Made by a program: the position numbers and the translations under genes
Assembly (NCBI GenBank): GCA_029717555.1
Contig: JAMDHS010000080.1
Coordinates: 1 to 64,000, forward strand
Direction: 5' to 3'
DNA: 64,000 nucleotides
Origin: Peribolospora baueri
Taxonomy: Eukaryota
Notes under the pieces: model-generated
The model's input: the letters and a program-made list of their open reading frames with translations, nothing else
What the model was told of the DNA's origin: nothing
Databases searched by the model: none
In this document: positions 50,825-63,794 of the stretch, one piece after another
Layout: each line of letters opens with the position of its first letter
How positions within the stretch are numbered: position 1 is the first letter of the stretch

Positions 50825-53800
50825 GTGGGGAGACGTGCACGACGAGGAGTCGGGAAGGAGACGGGGGGAGGGGAGCGAGCAACCGGAGACGGCGATCGCG
50901 AGCAGAAGCTGTGGCAGCTGGCCGGCTGGTGAAGAGGGGAGCGGCAGTCTCGGCCACGAGTTGGGCTGCTGCTAGCTATACCGACGTATGCGTGTAGACT
51001 TGCTCGATCCGTCCGCTTCACGGCTATGCAGAGCCAGGCCGTCCGTCGTCCGGTATGTATGTGCTGTCCAAAGAAAGAGCGGTGCGTGACCTGGCCGAGA
51101 GAGGACGGATGAGGATGGGCAAGCAAGCAAGGAGAGCGCGCGCCAAAGGACGTGCTCGCGCCCGTCCGAGGCGGGCGGGCAAACTCACGTCTCGTACGTC
51201 CACCAAGAAGCAAAGCCTGGCAAAGAAGGAGGGTTCAGAGAGTGGGGCAAGAATAGCCGTTGGGTCGTTCCCAAAGCCGTCCAAAGAGGTGTTCGTGGAC
51301 TCGACGCCGTCACTGTCCACTTCTGACTAGCGTTCGTTCGTCTTGCTGCGGCAAGCGCATGAAGCGCCGCTCTCCCCGTCGGGTCGCCGCCACCGCTCTT
51401 GCAGACACCCCGGTCCGGTGCAGGTGCGCTCCGGCCAACGTCGAACGAACGTCGAACGCACGCTCGACTGTCTGTGCTTGTGGGTGCGTATTGCACAAAG
51501 CAGCGGGCGATTTGCGGCACGCATCGAGATGACAAGCGTGAACGGAGGCAGCGTACGTCGCCCGTCCACGGCAGCGGCAGCCGACCGTCCGTCTCTTTCG
51601 GTGATCGCAAGGGTGTGCGTGAAGGAGGGGCAAGTCAAGTCTGCCCGTGGAGCGAGTGACTCGGCGATGGAAGGGACAAGACACAAGACGGTGGAACGGA
51701 CGCCGGTGGAACGGACGCCGTCTGTCTCTTCCCCCTCCTCGTCTGGACAGCCGCGTTTCCATCGCCCCCTTTTCCCACGTCATGTCACGGCATGGCAGGT
51801 CGTCTCGTCGGGCAGAGAGACAGAAGTACGAGGTGCGCTGGAGAGGGGGTCATCAGCCGGTTGGACATGTGGTTGCGGGTCGCGGGTCGCGGGTCACCGG
51901 GTCGACGAAGGGAGTGCGGTAAGGCAGGATGTGATGACGTCGCCCCTGGTTACTGGGATTGCGCAGCGTGTCTCCTCGTATCCGGTCGGACACTCGTCTC
52001 GTTCATCTCAGGAATGGGCTCGCTCGCTCGTCGGCCCAGCCGGTGGTGGCCTTGCCGTCGCCTACCATATCTGTCTACAGAGTTACCGAATTGCATGTCT
52101 GCACCGTCGCGTCACTTCACATCCGCGTGACGCCACGTTCACACTGAGCTCGAGTGTCCTGCCAAGTCAAGTCGTCCTTGCGTAGGGTCCGCACACACAC
52201 ACACATATATATACGAACATACACAGCGTCACCTCACGCCCCTCGCCTCCGACCTGGCAAGGGCGAAGGGCGGACGAGGTGGGCGGGGTGGGCAGCTCGC
52301 GACGAACGAGTGACGTGGGAGGGGCGAAGGAAGTGAAGTGAGCTAGGAGGTGTCTGAATGTACGCTCCCAGTCCCTCCGTCCCTTAGTCCGACCAAAAAT
52401 CACGGCGTCTTGTCCACGGCCGCGGCCGGGAGCCCCGGCTAGTTTGGCCTCCATTCGCGTCGTCTCCACCCGATCATGTCTCATTAGCCATTACGAATAA
52501 AAGAGCGGGAACGATGGTGAAAGAAAGGGAGGGCGTTAGCCTCGGCTCGGATCACCTCCCTAGCTGGCTAGCTGGCTGAGTCGGTGCATGTGGTCAGCGT
52601 GGCCGGCCCTCCCGCCCGTCCCGCTTGATCTTGCTTGGGTCCGGTCGAGGGACTGAAGGAAGAGCGGCAAGTGCGGCTTCCGCCGGGCACCTCGGCCGTC
52701 GCGGGTGCGCCAGCGAGCCAGCGAGCCAGCGAGCAGCTAGTAAGTGATCGCCCAGCCAGCTAGCCAGCCCTCGCCCGTCGGACGACGGACCCCTCGGCGG
52801 GCGAGCGTGGGTGGTGCAAAGCGTAGGGAGGATAGATAGATGGATGGGAGGACGGACGGGACGGCACCGGGAACACTTAGTTATCTCCTCCACGCCGCCT
52901 CCCTCCCACTGAGCATGTGCCGCCGTCGGTGCGACATTTTGGTTCCATTCTCGTCGACGTTAGGTGAGGCGGCCGATCCACCCACCCGTCATCCATCGAT
53001 CGCCGGAGGACGACGGCTGGGCGCGAAGGGCGAGGGGCGAACGGCGAACAGCGAACGGAGAAGGGGCGACGAGGTAGGGGGCATGGCATGTACGGCATGT
53101 GCAGTGGAGTGGCCTGGCTAGGTGAACATGTATGTATGTCCACGACGGCGAGACGGCGTTCGCTCCATCGATCGGCCTTCGGTCAGTCTGTCAAGTCAGT
53201 CCAGTCCATACATAGTCCCTCGCCCGTCTCGTCTAATCTAGTCTCAACATCTTCCGCACCCTGTCCGATACTTTCGCCGACAACTTGATTTGATTTTTCT
53301 TGCGCCCCGTAGCCTCGTCCCTCCTCCTCCTGCTCATCTTCGGAAGCATCTCAGCGAGCGAAAAAAGGGACGGAGGACGGAGGACGATCGGGTGGGATGT
53401 GCCCGAATCCGTCGTCGTCCGTCGTCCCCTCTCCGTCCCTCCCCCCTCCATCCCGCTCATCCTGCTCATCCCTCCATCACTCCCTCCATCCTTGACCGTC
53501 CCCTCCTCCTCTGTCCACCCGACCCGGCGCCCTTATAACCGCTACTCCTCCCCCCTCGAACAAACGGCCGTCCGACCGCAGACATGAACCGTCTGTCCCT
53601 CTGACTTGCGCTTATCGCTCGTCGTGTCGTTGTTGTCGTTGTCGTTCATCTCGTCGCTGCCCCGCGCCATCGCTTCTCCTCCAACGTCATTTCTCCCTAC
53701 CTCTGCTCACCGACGACGTGAACGAGCCCGGCGGACAACGCAACGCAACGCAACCGCGCGCCTATCCTGCCCTGGCTCGCCCTGACTCGCCCATCGCGCG

Positions 53801-54030
53801 TCGGCCCCTTGTCCGCTGCCACTTGACGGGATTGCCGATTTTCATTGTCCCCCGCCCCTCGTCGTCTTTGTTGGCCGTCGTACGTGCCTTCGGCCTCCGT
53901 TCGACCCCCATTCCCGGCCTTTCCTCGTTCTTCATCACAACCCCTCTACCTCCGCATCGCATCGCAGAAGGCGCCCAGGGAGGGACCTACCTACCTGCCA
54001 CCGCCGGGCCCCTCGCGCAAGCGGACGATC

Positions 54031-54071
54031 GTCGTGTCGTGTCGTGTCGAGTCGTGTCGTGTCGTTTGTCG
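54031..54071 (+). repeat. (GTCGT)n microsatellite, imperfect
   Basis: About 8 units; reverse complement of the array at 54571-54601. Confidence 0.85.
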
Positions 54072-54570
54072 TGACCGTTGAGCGTCAGCCGCTTGCGCGC
54101 TTTTTGCGTCTGCTTGCTTGCTCCCTCAATCCCTTGCTCCCTCGACGACGCCCCGAGGTGGATCGGTCCCCCCTCCGTAACCCCATCGCCCTCTTATACT
54201 TACCCATCTCTCCATCCCTCCGCCGCCATCTCTCCCTCCCTCCCTCCCATCGATCGACTCTCTCTCTCCCCTCCCTCCTCCTCCTCCTCCTCCCCACCCT
54301 CGCCCTCGCCCTCACCTCGCCCTCGCCCCGTCGCCTCTTAGAGACATCTCGTCTCCTCTCACGCTCCTTCCTTCTTTCCTTTCTTCCTTCCTTCCCTCCT
54401 TTCTTCCATTCTTTCCCCGTCCGTCCATCAGCTGTCAACGCCCCGCCCTGCCGCCGTCGTCGTCATCCGACCCGTGCATCGTGGATCGCTGATTACGTCG
54501 GCGAGCTTATTCTCGCCCCGGCCGCCCGTTGCCTGTCGCCCGTGCGTGGTCTCGGCGGGCCGGTCGACGC

Positions 54571-54601
54571 GACACGACACGACACGACACGACACGACAC
54601 G
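54571..54601 (+). repeat. (GACAC)n microsatellite
   Basis: 6 perfect units. Confidence 0.9.
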
Positions 54602-55106
54602 GGTCGAGACCGGCCGAAATCATCATTCGTGTAATCCTTCTTTCTATCACTTCTCTTTCGGGAGACGCTTTTGGAAAGCCGGTTCGATTTCGATTTCGAC
54701 TCGACTCGATTGACAGCGACTCGCAATATACGTCGGTCCTCGCCCCTGTCTTTGCCCGTCGTCGTCGCCGTCGTCACCGTCACCGTCACCACCACCGCCG
54801 TCGTCCTCCTCCTCGCCGCCGTCGTCGTCGCCCGCCCCGGCGACTTGTCGGGACGGATCGGTCTCGACGTCCTGCCCGTCGCTGCCGTCTGTCCGGACGA
54901 CCATCGCTCCATCCCTCGGCTCCCTGCCGTCCATCCTTTCACGCTCCTCCATCTTTCACCCCCATCTACCAGCCTCGCCGTCCCCGGACCCTCCGGCCAA
55001 CGTCGCCGTTCTCGATCACCTCGGTCGTCATCGGCTTGCCTCGACCCAAGCTCGCACCCACTTATCAACCCTCGCCTACTTATACCACCCCCCACCGCGG
55101 CCGACC

Positions 55107-57036
55107 ATGCTAGGCCACTGTCAGCCGGCCGCCATACCTACAGAGCCCTTTGGCCAAGATCCTCGCTTCTCTGTCGGCTATCTCCTCAACTGCAACAACC
55201 ACCCCTCCCACGCCCAAGCCCATCCCGCCTTCGATACCGGAGCGCCCAGGTCCAAGCCCCGTCCCAAGCTCGATATCGCCCGCGCCTCCCACCTCGACGT
55301 TGTCGCACCCTCCCTCTCCCCACGGTTGACCATCCGCAATCCCGATCCTTCGCCGCCCATGCTCGCCGACTCCATCGAGCCCTCGTCGCTCGCCCCCCCT
55401 CCTCCCGTTCCGACCACCGTATCGGGCCGCTACCTCGCCTCCCACACCCTCCACCCCACCTTCGACGCCAACTATGTCCTAGGCGACGAGCTTGGCAGCG
55501 GTGGCTTCGGCTTTGTCGTCGCCGCGACAAAGGTCTGGGACGGCATGCCGGTAGCGTGCAAGTTTATCTTCAAGGGCAAGGTACCCTCGCACGGCTGGGT
55601 GCGCGATCCCAAGCTTGGTGTTATACCCATGGAGGCGTTTGTGCTGAGGATTGTCAAGCACGATGGCGTCGTTCGGTTTGTGGACCTCTTTGAGGACGAC
55701 AAGTTCTTTTACCTCGTGCGTGTCTCCTCCTGCTTCTTTTCTCCCTCCCGGTCGTTCGCTCGTCGAGGCGACAGACGTGTCGAAGAGATCGATTCGGTCC
55801 CGATGCTGACTGAACATCTCGACGGACGCACGCACGCACGCACACACCGACGGGTGTATGCTCCTCTTCTCCCTCTCCGCCCCGCTCCACCTTCAGGTCA
55901 TGGAACACCACGGCACGCCCTGGACATCGAGCAGCAAGAGAGACGCCGCGGCCTACGGCGCCCGCGACGGCTCTCAGCCGCCTTCGGCTACGTCCACCCT
56001 CGTCGATTCCCCCTTCACCGAGCGGTTCCCTCAGAACGACCTCAACAACGCCGCCGCCGCGATGGCCACTGCAAAGCATAACGCTAGCATCGCTCAAGGC
56101 CTCCTTCCGTATAAGTCTGAATGTTGCAACGCCGCTAGCCCCACCCGCGCCGTCTTCCCCGATGGCCGCGCCGGTGTCGGTGTCCCGGGCGCCGTGGGTG
56201 TGGTAGGTTCGGAACGGGGCGAGAACATGCAGGTCGACGAGATGGTCTCCGAAAGCTCGTCCGGCGTCACGGCCGTCTCCTGCGCCGCGCCCTCGTCGAC
56301 GCCGATGACCATCTCCGCCTCGGCGCCGCCGCCGTCTCACCCTTCCCGCAATATCTCCTCTCGTGGTCCTCCGAGGGCCTCGTCTTCGGCCAGCCTCCGA
56401 CACTCCTCGCTCGCCGTTCCCGTCAAAGGCGACGCCGGGTCGATGATGGGCGCGTCGGCGCCGATGGTGCGCCGCTCGAGCTGCGACCTGTTCGAGTGCA
56501 TCGAACAGCACAGCCGGCTCGGCGAGGAGACGGCGCGGTACGTCTTCGCTCAGGTCGTCGACGCGGTCTGGTATCTCGATCGAATGGGCATCTGCCACCG
56601 CGACATCAAGGACGAGAACCTGGTCGTCGACAAGGACTTTAGGGTCAAGCTCATCGACTTTGGCTCCGCCGTCGTCTGGGACCCTCGCAAGCCGCCGCCG
56701 TACTACACCCGCTTCTACGGCACCATGACGTTCGCCGCTTCCGAGATTCTGTCTGGACGCCCTTACCGCTCGCCGCAAGCCGAGGTGTGGAGCCTGGGCG
56801 TGCTGCTGAGCATCCTCCTGACCGGCGAGTGCCCGTTCTCGGACCCCATGCACGCCATCAAGGGACGCATCAGCAGGCCCAAGGTGCCCATCAGCCGCGA
56901 TGCCCTGGACGTCATACTCGCCTGCCTCGTCGTCGACCCGGATCGCAGGGCTACGATCGGCGAGGTGCGCAGTCATCCGTGGGTGTCCAAGGCCTGGGAC
57001 CTCCGAGGCGGGAGACGGGAGAGCGCCGCCTTCTGA
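55107..57036 (+). CDS. CAMK-like Ser/Thr kinase, PASK-related catalytic domain, no PAS domain seen
   Basis: LGSGGFGFV, VACKFIFK, intron 55716-55896, VMEHHG, DLFECIE, HRDIKDEN, KLIDFGSA, FYGT..FAASEIL and EVWSLGVLL. Confidence 0.9.
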
Positions 57037-59239
57037 GCGCCCGCCGCCGCCGCCTCCTCTTCCAGCCTCTCCCCGTCCTCCGTCGTACGTCCTCCCGCTT
57101 CGCCGTTCTAGCATCGTCGCCTCGTGACTGTTGCATTCGCATCCTTCCCCATCGGCCCGTCTCGCCCGCTCGTCCGTCCCTTGCCTCCAGTCCATCCGAC
57201 TTGTTTCGTCCATTCTCAGAATACCCATCGTCTCCGTCTCGTCCGCCCGGTCTCGTCTAGATACCCTCCGGAGCCCCCCTCCCATCCTTTCAATCAGTCC
57301 GATTCGATTCGATCCCATCCGAAGTACCCACCCGCCCGGACGGCCTTCCTTCCCAGCGCTCCTCTCTCTTCGTCAATCCCGGTTTTCCTTGGTTAGGTTG
57401 TCTCTCCATCCGTCCCGTCCCCTCGCATTCCCATTCCCATCTCCAAGATTCCGCATCGTGGTCCCATCCCGGTTCCGTCGTCTCCGCCCGCTCGCATCCC
57501 TTCGTCCCTCGCCTCCGCGCAACTTTATTTTTCCCGCAGATTCGCTCTTTCTTTTCTTCGCCGGCCTTTTTTTTTTTTCTTCTTTTTTTCGTATTGCGCG
57601 TGTCGGTCGATCCTAGCCGTAGCAGCTGGGGTTTCATCTCCCCCCTCCCCTCCCTTTTCTTTTTCACGTTCGACGTTCGACGTTCGTTCGTTTCGGTTCC
57701 CGCCTCCTTGTACTATGATTGTGATCGTTTCAGAGCCGTCAATAGGCGCAGGAGGTAAAATATACGCGCGTACTGGCCCCGTCCCGTCCGCTGTCCGCTG
57801 TACCACACGTTCGTTTTCCGTCGTCGTCCGTCGCAGTCGGTCGCGGTCGGCTCGGATTGATTGATTGATCGGTTTGAATTCCATGTACAGGTCGTTATCG
57901 ACCTAAAGCGACTATACATGTGTTGAAATCGTAAGGAAGGACACTGCGGAAGGCGCCACGATCGGCGCAAAGGGGTCGACCGACGGGCGGGGCGGTGGTA
58001 CTTGTTGCAACGCGAGTGGGCGTCTCTTCGGGTGGCAGAGCGAGGCGAACCTGGCCGGCTTTCGCAGCCCGCTCCATTTATCGCACGGTCGGCTTTCGCC
58101 AGGCTTTCCGCGAAATGCCAAGTCCTGATTTGTGAGACAGGAGCGAGGTCAATCGCGCCGCCCAGAGAACCTCACGAGGGGGCAAGCGAAATCGGAAAGC
58201 TCACCTCATGCCCCTTGTCGAGCGTTGTGCAGGGCCCCCCTCCCGCTTCATGGTCCTTTTCCGCAGAAAACAGTAAAGACCTTGGAGCGTTTGCGGGGGG
58301 GCAAACCCAGGTTGAGAAAGCTGTCGCGCCGACGACCAACTCCGAGCCGGATTGTAGAGTTTGGCGACTTTGACCCGTGCGCCCGCGGACGACGATCGAT
58401 CCCACGCGATAGGCTGCTGAACTGCTTGAGAAGCGCAAAAAGACGTCCCTGAGTCCATCCGGCTACGAGAACCAACGGGAAGAGCGTCCAACTCTATGGC
58501 CGAAGACGCTCGTACTTCACTACCGAAAGCCGAGCGAGAGCGCACCGGTCTCGACAATATGCCTTCCCTCTAACACTCGCAACTTGAAACGCCAAAGTTG
58601 TGCTCAAGCTAGCAGAGAAGCTTCCATGGGCTCGAAAAAGAATATCAAGGGCTTTTTTCGCGGGAAGGCCCCGTCGTGCACCCGAAGCGTCCGATGGAGG
58701 AGGCTGTCGAATGGAAGGAGGTAGTAACTACATAGAAAGAAGGTCGGAGTAGGCCCTGGTTCTATCCAGAAAGGTGCTTCTTAGGACTCAAATTGCTGTA
58801 CGGCCAGGCCAGCTCAAAGGCCAAGGCAGTGATCGCTGGGATGGGAAACTAGGCGTAGGTGTCGGGGCTGGGTTCGGGTTCGGCGAGGCGGGTATCGTAC
58901 CGTACGTAGTTCCCAAAGATTTTTTGAGCTGCCTGCCGGCCGCTACTACCTACGGCGACGGAGGACTCTTAGATTTTCTGTTTCCCTCTCGAGTGGAGGA
59001 GGAGCTCCTCTTTCCTCTTTATATACATGAGAGTGGACGGAGCGATCACATTCAATGAAAACCATTCGCATTCGCGATTGCTTGCTTGCCATGTATCGGC
59101 TCGCTCCTGTGTTCGAGGGATCCAATCATCCTTCATTGCCTCAGCTGTGAAGTGAGAGGTTATACACTGGTGACGTTCTTTGGAGCCTGTGCATGTTCAC
59201 CCGTCGTCGGTCATGCGTCGGGCTCCCGTTCCGTACGCG

Positions 59240-59957
59240 AAGGTGGGAACCTCCCAGTGTCGCTAAGAAACCGGGCAGTGCAAGCGGATCGAATAGCAAG
59301 GTGTGCAGGCCTTGGGTGGGGAGGCATCGTCTGGAGAGGGCGTCTCTGAGGCATCGTCGCTGTTCGCGCCAGCGAGGGTAGAAGAGGAGGAAGTGCGCCA
59401 CCGTCTCCGGGCGCTGGCAAGAGGGGCATTTGTCGATGTCGGTGTCGGCGGCTCGGATCCTGTACAGGTAACTGAGAGGATGGGGTGTCGTGGCGGAGGT
59501 GGGCATGCCACCCTCCGGCCGATCCGGCGCGCACTCCGTAGGAAGGTCCGACGTCTTTAGCAGCGGTGCGTTGTGCGCTCCGCCTTGGCTGCCGCTGGGG
59601 AACGTGGGAGTGTCCGAAGCAAGTCGTTGAGGGCCGCGTTGTCTGTCAGTCTTCCAGACGCCGCTTCTTTGGCGAGGGCATCGGCTAGTTCATTTCCACT
59701 GAGTGCCCCGGTCACCAAAGCGCATGGATCTTGGCCCAGCGTAGCAGCAGAGCGGAGCGGTGGATCGCCATGAGCACGGTCTGCCCTGCTTTGCACCTCG
59801 GGGGTCCATCGAGGGAGCGTAGGACAGCCTGGTTGTCTGTCAATATGTAACCAGAGCTCGCGCGGTCGTGCGATCCATTCCGTACCTTATGAGTTGCTAA
59901 AAGACGCGTAAAGTGACGCGCTCCTGCCGCAGCACTTGTCCGCGAAGGCGGCGGCAT
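59240..59957 (-). mobile_element. Degenerate non-LTR retrotransposon (LINE, Tad1-like) ORF2 3' fragment: RNase H plus C-terminal zinc knuckle
   Basis: RNase H motifs YILTDNQAVLRSL and SGNELADALAKEAA. C-terminal YLYRIR..KCPSCQRPETVAHFLL.PRWREQR..FLSDTGRF. These are spread over different frames with stops. Confidence 0.85.
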
Positions 59958-60094
59958 CGTCGTCCTCGGTTCCCGTGGGTTCCATCGTCATCGGAAAAAG
60001 AAACAACAACAATACGAAGGTTCGTCAGGTTCGTCGTCACGTTCCACGATCACCCGAAGCGTCGCGCCGGACGTACGCGGATGATTCATGACGA

Positions 60095-62757
60095 ATGCCG
60101 CCAAACGAACGGGCAGCAGCAGCAGCAGCAACAGCGGTGGCGGCGGCGCATGAACGAGGACGAGGACGAGACGTTGATGACGACGACGACGTCTTGGAAG
60201 CCGACGACTTTGACTTTGACTTTGATGTCGCCGACGGAGGTGGGGCGCTGGATGACGACCTCCTCGTTGAGTCGCTCGCCAGGTTTGAGGCCCAGGCCCA
60301 GGCTCAGCTCCAAAGCCAGGCGGTCTTCGAACGTCAACGTACCGCCGCCGCTGCCGTTTTGATTTCCGCTGAGACCAAGGCCAAGGCTCCAGCTCCAGCT
60401 CCAGCTCCAGTTGGGAACGCTAGCGCGAACGTCGGATTGGAGCAGCGCGTGGCACAAGGACCTCGCGAATGGGACTCGGGAGTGCGTCGGGTGGAACTCG
60501 TACGGCGGCGGAGTGAACTCGTGCGCACCGTCGTCCGTCACGTCTCCCCGATGCCCTTCCCCCCCGTCCCGCCATCACCCTCCCTTTCTCACCCGCTCGA
60601 TGGCAGCAGCGGCGGCGGCGGCGGCAAGGACACAGATCCGAGCGACGACGCGACGCCCGCCCATCGTCCCTTCACTTTGCACCGTATCCTTCACGCCACC
60701 TTCCCGCCGTCGATCGCAGCTTCCCTCGTGCAGAGGTACGAGACGCTGTGCTCGGCCTTGCTGGACTGCCTCGGAAGCGGCGACGAAGACGAGCTGTCCA
60801 GCACTTTTCCATGCGAAGCGGAGCCACGAGATCTCGGTTGGAGACACAACACGCATCGCAAGAGCGGTCGTGGTGAAGCACGCATCGAGTGGCCCAAGGA
60901 GAGCGTGGAGGAGGAGAACGAGATACAATCCAGGTTGGCGCCCCTCGTGAGCGGCGTCGGCAACGCCCTCGTGTCCTTGGCCGCCGTCTTTCTGGACGCC
61001 AGACAGGTGAGCACTGCCAACGTTCCCTCCCTCCCTCCCACTGCCGTGCACGACTGATGACAGAACTCGATCGTCTCTCTCATCCGTCCCATTTCGTGCA
61101 GGCCGATCGTCTCTGCGACGTCATCGCCATCCTCACCTCCCTCGCGCTCTCTGAACCCTCCTTTCCTCCCTTCCTACTATCCCATCCCTTCTTCTCCCGC
61201 TTTGCTGACCGTCACTCCGCCTCCGCGCCCGCGTCACAAGCGCACGGCGATCAATCTAGACGGAACGCCATTCACGTCGTGTGCGAAGCGGTACTCCACA
61301 TCGTCGCGTCTCCGTCCGCCCCGCCGCCTTGGGCGATCAAGCCGTCTGAAAAGACCGGTTCCACCCACCGTCCAGCGACACAAGCACGCCGCCTGCCGAC
61401 GTCGATGAGCTCCGCCATCCGCCGAAAGGCCAAGGACGCCAAACTCGAGCCGGGCGGGGTGAGCGCTGGCTCTGCCGCCGAATGGGACCCCGGCGAGGAC
61501 GCGCGGGAAGAACTGTGCGGCAGACTGTTGGACTTGCTCGACGTTCTCGCATGGGAGATGGACGAAGATACGGTGCATTCCTTTCGAACTCTATTCGACA
61601 CGCCGGGGGTGTTGTTTGCGTTGCTCGACAAAAATAGGCCTGTCAAGAGCGTGCAGCGCACCGTGCGCCTGCTCATGTTGTTGGCGACGAGTGAGTGGGC
61701 AACCCAGTGTCGCCGGCCGGGCCGTCTGGATCGTGTTCACCCCTGCGCTCCATGGCCGGTAGCCTGAGCTTTTTGTCTCTGCGTTCGCTCCAGGACCGAC
61801 GCTATTTCGCTCCGTGCTAGAGGCCCGGCTGTCTCCAGACCAGCAGGCCCCTCCACTGTACGCGTCGGATCCGATGCCGATCCTCCGTCTGCTCTCGCAT
61901 CACATCAGGAACGCCGACAGCGTGGAACTTGACCAGCAACGGCACGAGCTTCACCTGATCGTCGTCACGTTCTTATCCATGCTGACGGTTAAACATCCGG
62001 AGGCCGTCATGCTCGTCGGCGGCCACGCGAGCCTCGTACCTTCGCTCGTGTTTTGCATCGGTATGGACACCAATTTCCTCTGGCAGGATGACGGGTTGGG
62101 CTTGACGGGATCCAACGTTTCGCTGGAAGGGTGAGCGAGCTGGATGCGAGCCTCTCTCTGAGCGATGCCTCTGCGCGTCCTACGTCCTACGCTCCAACTC
62201 ACTTCGTTCCTCGTCCTTGTCACCTCCATCTACTTAGGATCACCACGCGCATCTCATATGACATACAGTTTCTGCATCGGCTCTTCGTTTCAGAATCCTC
62301 CGCGGGGGGCACCCTCAACCTCAGGTCGCGACATTTCGTGCCGGAAGTCTCACGGGAGGCGAACGGCGTCTTGCACATGTTCACCGTCGCCATCGGCAGG
62401 CTCAGCTTTGCGCCGGCTCCGGAGTGGATGGAGGGAGAGCCGGCGTGGGAAACCATCGAGGCCATCACGGGTGAGCTCGGTTCAGTACATTTTCTCCAAG
62501 TCGTTTGCTCCTCACGCGCTCCTCACGAGTCTTTCGTCGGCTAACCATGGCTTATGTTTCGTCGCCGTCTTCTGTCACCTCGTGTCTCCGGGTTCGCAGA
62601 CCTGTGTCGAGATTTATTGGACATGATCGCAACGCCCGACGAGGCGGACGCCATCTTCGAGCTTCTCGATCCGGGCGAGAGCGGGGATGACGACGAGTCG
62701 CAGACGGACGACGAGGAGACGGAAGCACGGAATGCTCTGCCTTCCCAAGAGAGATGA
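60095..62757 (+). CDS. Rad26/ATRIP (Ddc2/Lcd1)-like DNA damage checkpoint protein
   Basis: Acidic N-terminus (DDFDFDFD..LDDDLL) and helical repeats (PGVLFALLDKNRP..VRLLMLLAT). The C-terminus MFTVAIGRLSFA...CRDLLDMIATPDEADAIFE resembles fungal Rad26 C-termini. About 5 exons. Confidence 0.68.
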
Positions 62758-63794
62758 CATCGTCGCACCCTTGTCGCTCATCTTCATTTTTTTCTCTCTC
62801 TCTCTGTGTCGCGTGCAAACACGCACGCACGCACGCACGCACACACTCTCTCGTAGCCGACGACTTCTATGGATTAATGTATCAACACCTCATCTCGATG
62901 GCACCACAAACTGTCACCCAGCCGCTCTTGTCCCCCTTCCGCCCCACTTTTGTACTCGTAGGTCGCCGACACGCTCAGGAGCTGTGGAACGGACTGTGTT
63001 TGTCAGATACGACGATTTTTCTTCCTGCCGTGCGGACAGTTTGTCGAACTGCGAAACGCGCGAGTGACCCCACTGGAGATTTTTACGGAGCGTACTGCTA
63101 TGGAAAAGTATCTCTAAGAGGAACAGGGGTGATTTCATCATGGAGTCGCTCGAAGAATGCTGTATACAAGATCCTTCACGTGACACGTACAGTCGAGCGG
63201 GCGATGTGCCGGTGGTCGTTTTGTTCTACGCTTGTCCTTCGTCAAGTTTCCCATCCGCGGCGCAAGGACTTGTTCGCGTTGAGGTCGAATGTCAAAAAGG
63301 CGGCAAGCTTTCAAGTTGCACAGCAAAGCTGTGGGCGCCACGAAGGAAGACCGTCCATCCGTCTCGGACACTTCCGTTTGAGCCACGATCACGAGATCTT
63401 GCGTGACATGACGCGCTGGCGGACGATAAGGGCTCGCCATCGTTCACGACGATGGTGCGAGGCGGGCGAGTGGTGCCGTCTCTTTCCCCTTTCCTTCTTC
63501 CTCTTCCGCGGGCTTCTGGTTCGGAGTGGCAACATCATGCGCAGATAAACCAATGTCGGGAGACGCCGGCTCACCGCACTTTTTCTTATCTTACATAGTC
63601 AGCCAGTCGCTCTTGAGTGATCCGCGCTGTCAACATTCGTGCCGGTGTCGCTGGTGAACGTAGGTGCTAAGGACTAGCGTTTGTTGTCCCCGTCCAGCGT
63701 CGAACCCCGGCCCATAAAACCTGGTCCTGCCCTCCAACCTTCCAGCGCCGTCCGTTCTAGCCGCTGGCCGCTGACCTTTGACCGCACTCTAGAC

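Noticed and set aside
51000..53500. Many overlapping 60-280 aa ORFs
   Set aside because: They are Arg/Pro/Ser-rich with no motifs or consistent splice pattern, as expected in GC-rich intergenic DNA.
55654..57318. 554-aa minus-strand ORF
   Set aside because: It is the antisense shadow of the GC-rich kinase gene.
62754..63548. 264-aa ORF after the ATRIP-like gene
   Set aside because: It runs through microsatellite and 3' UTR-like sequence and has no recognisable features.
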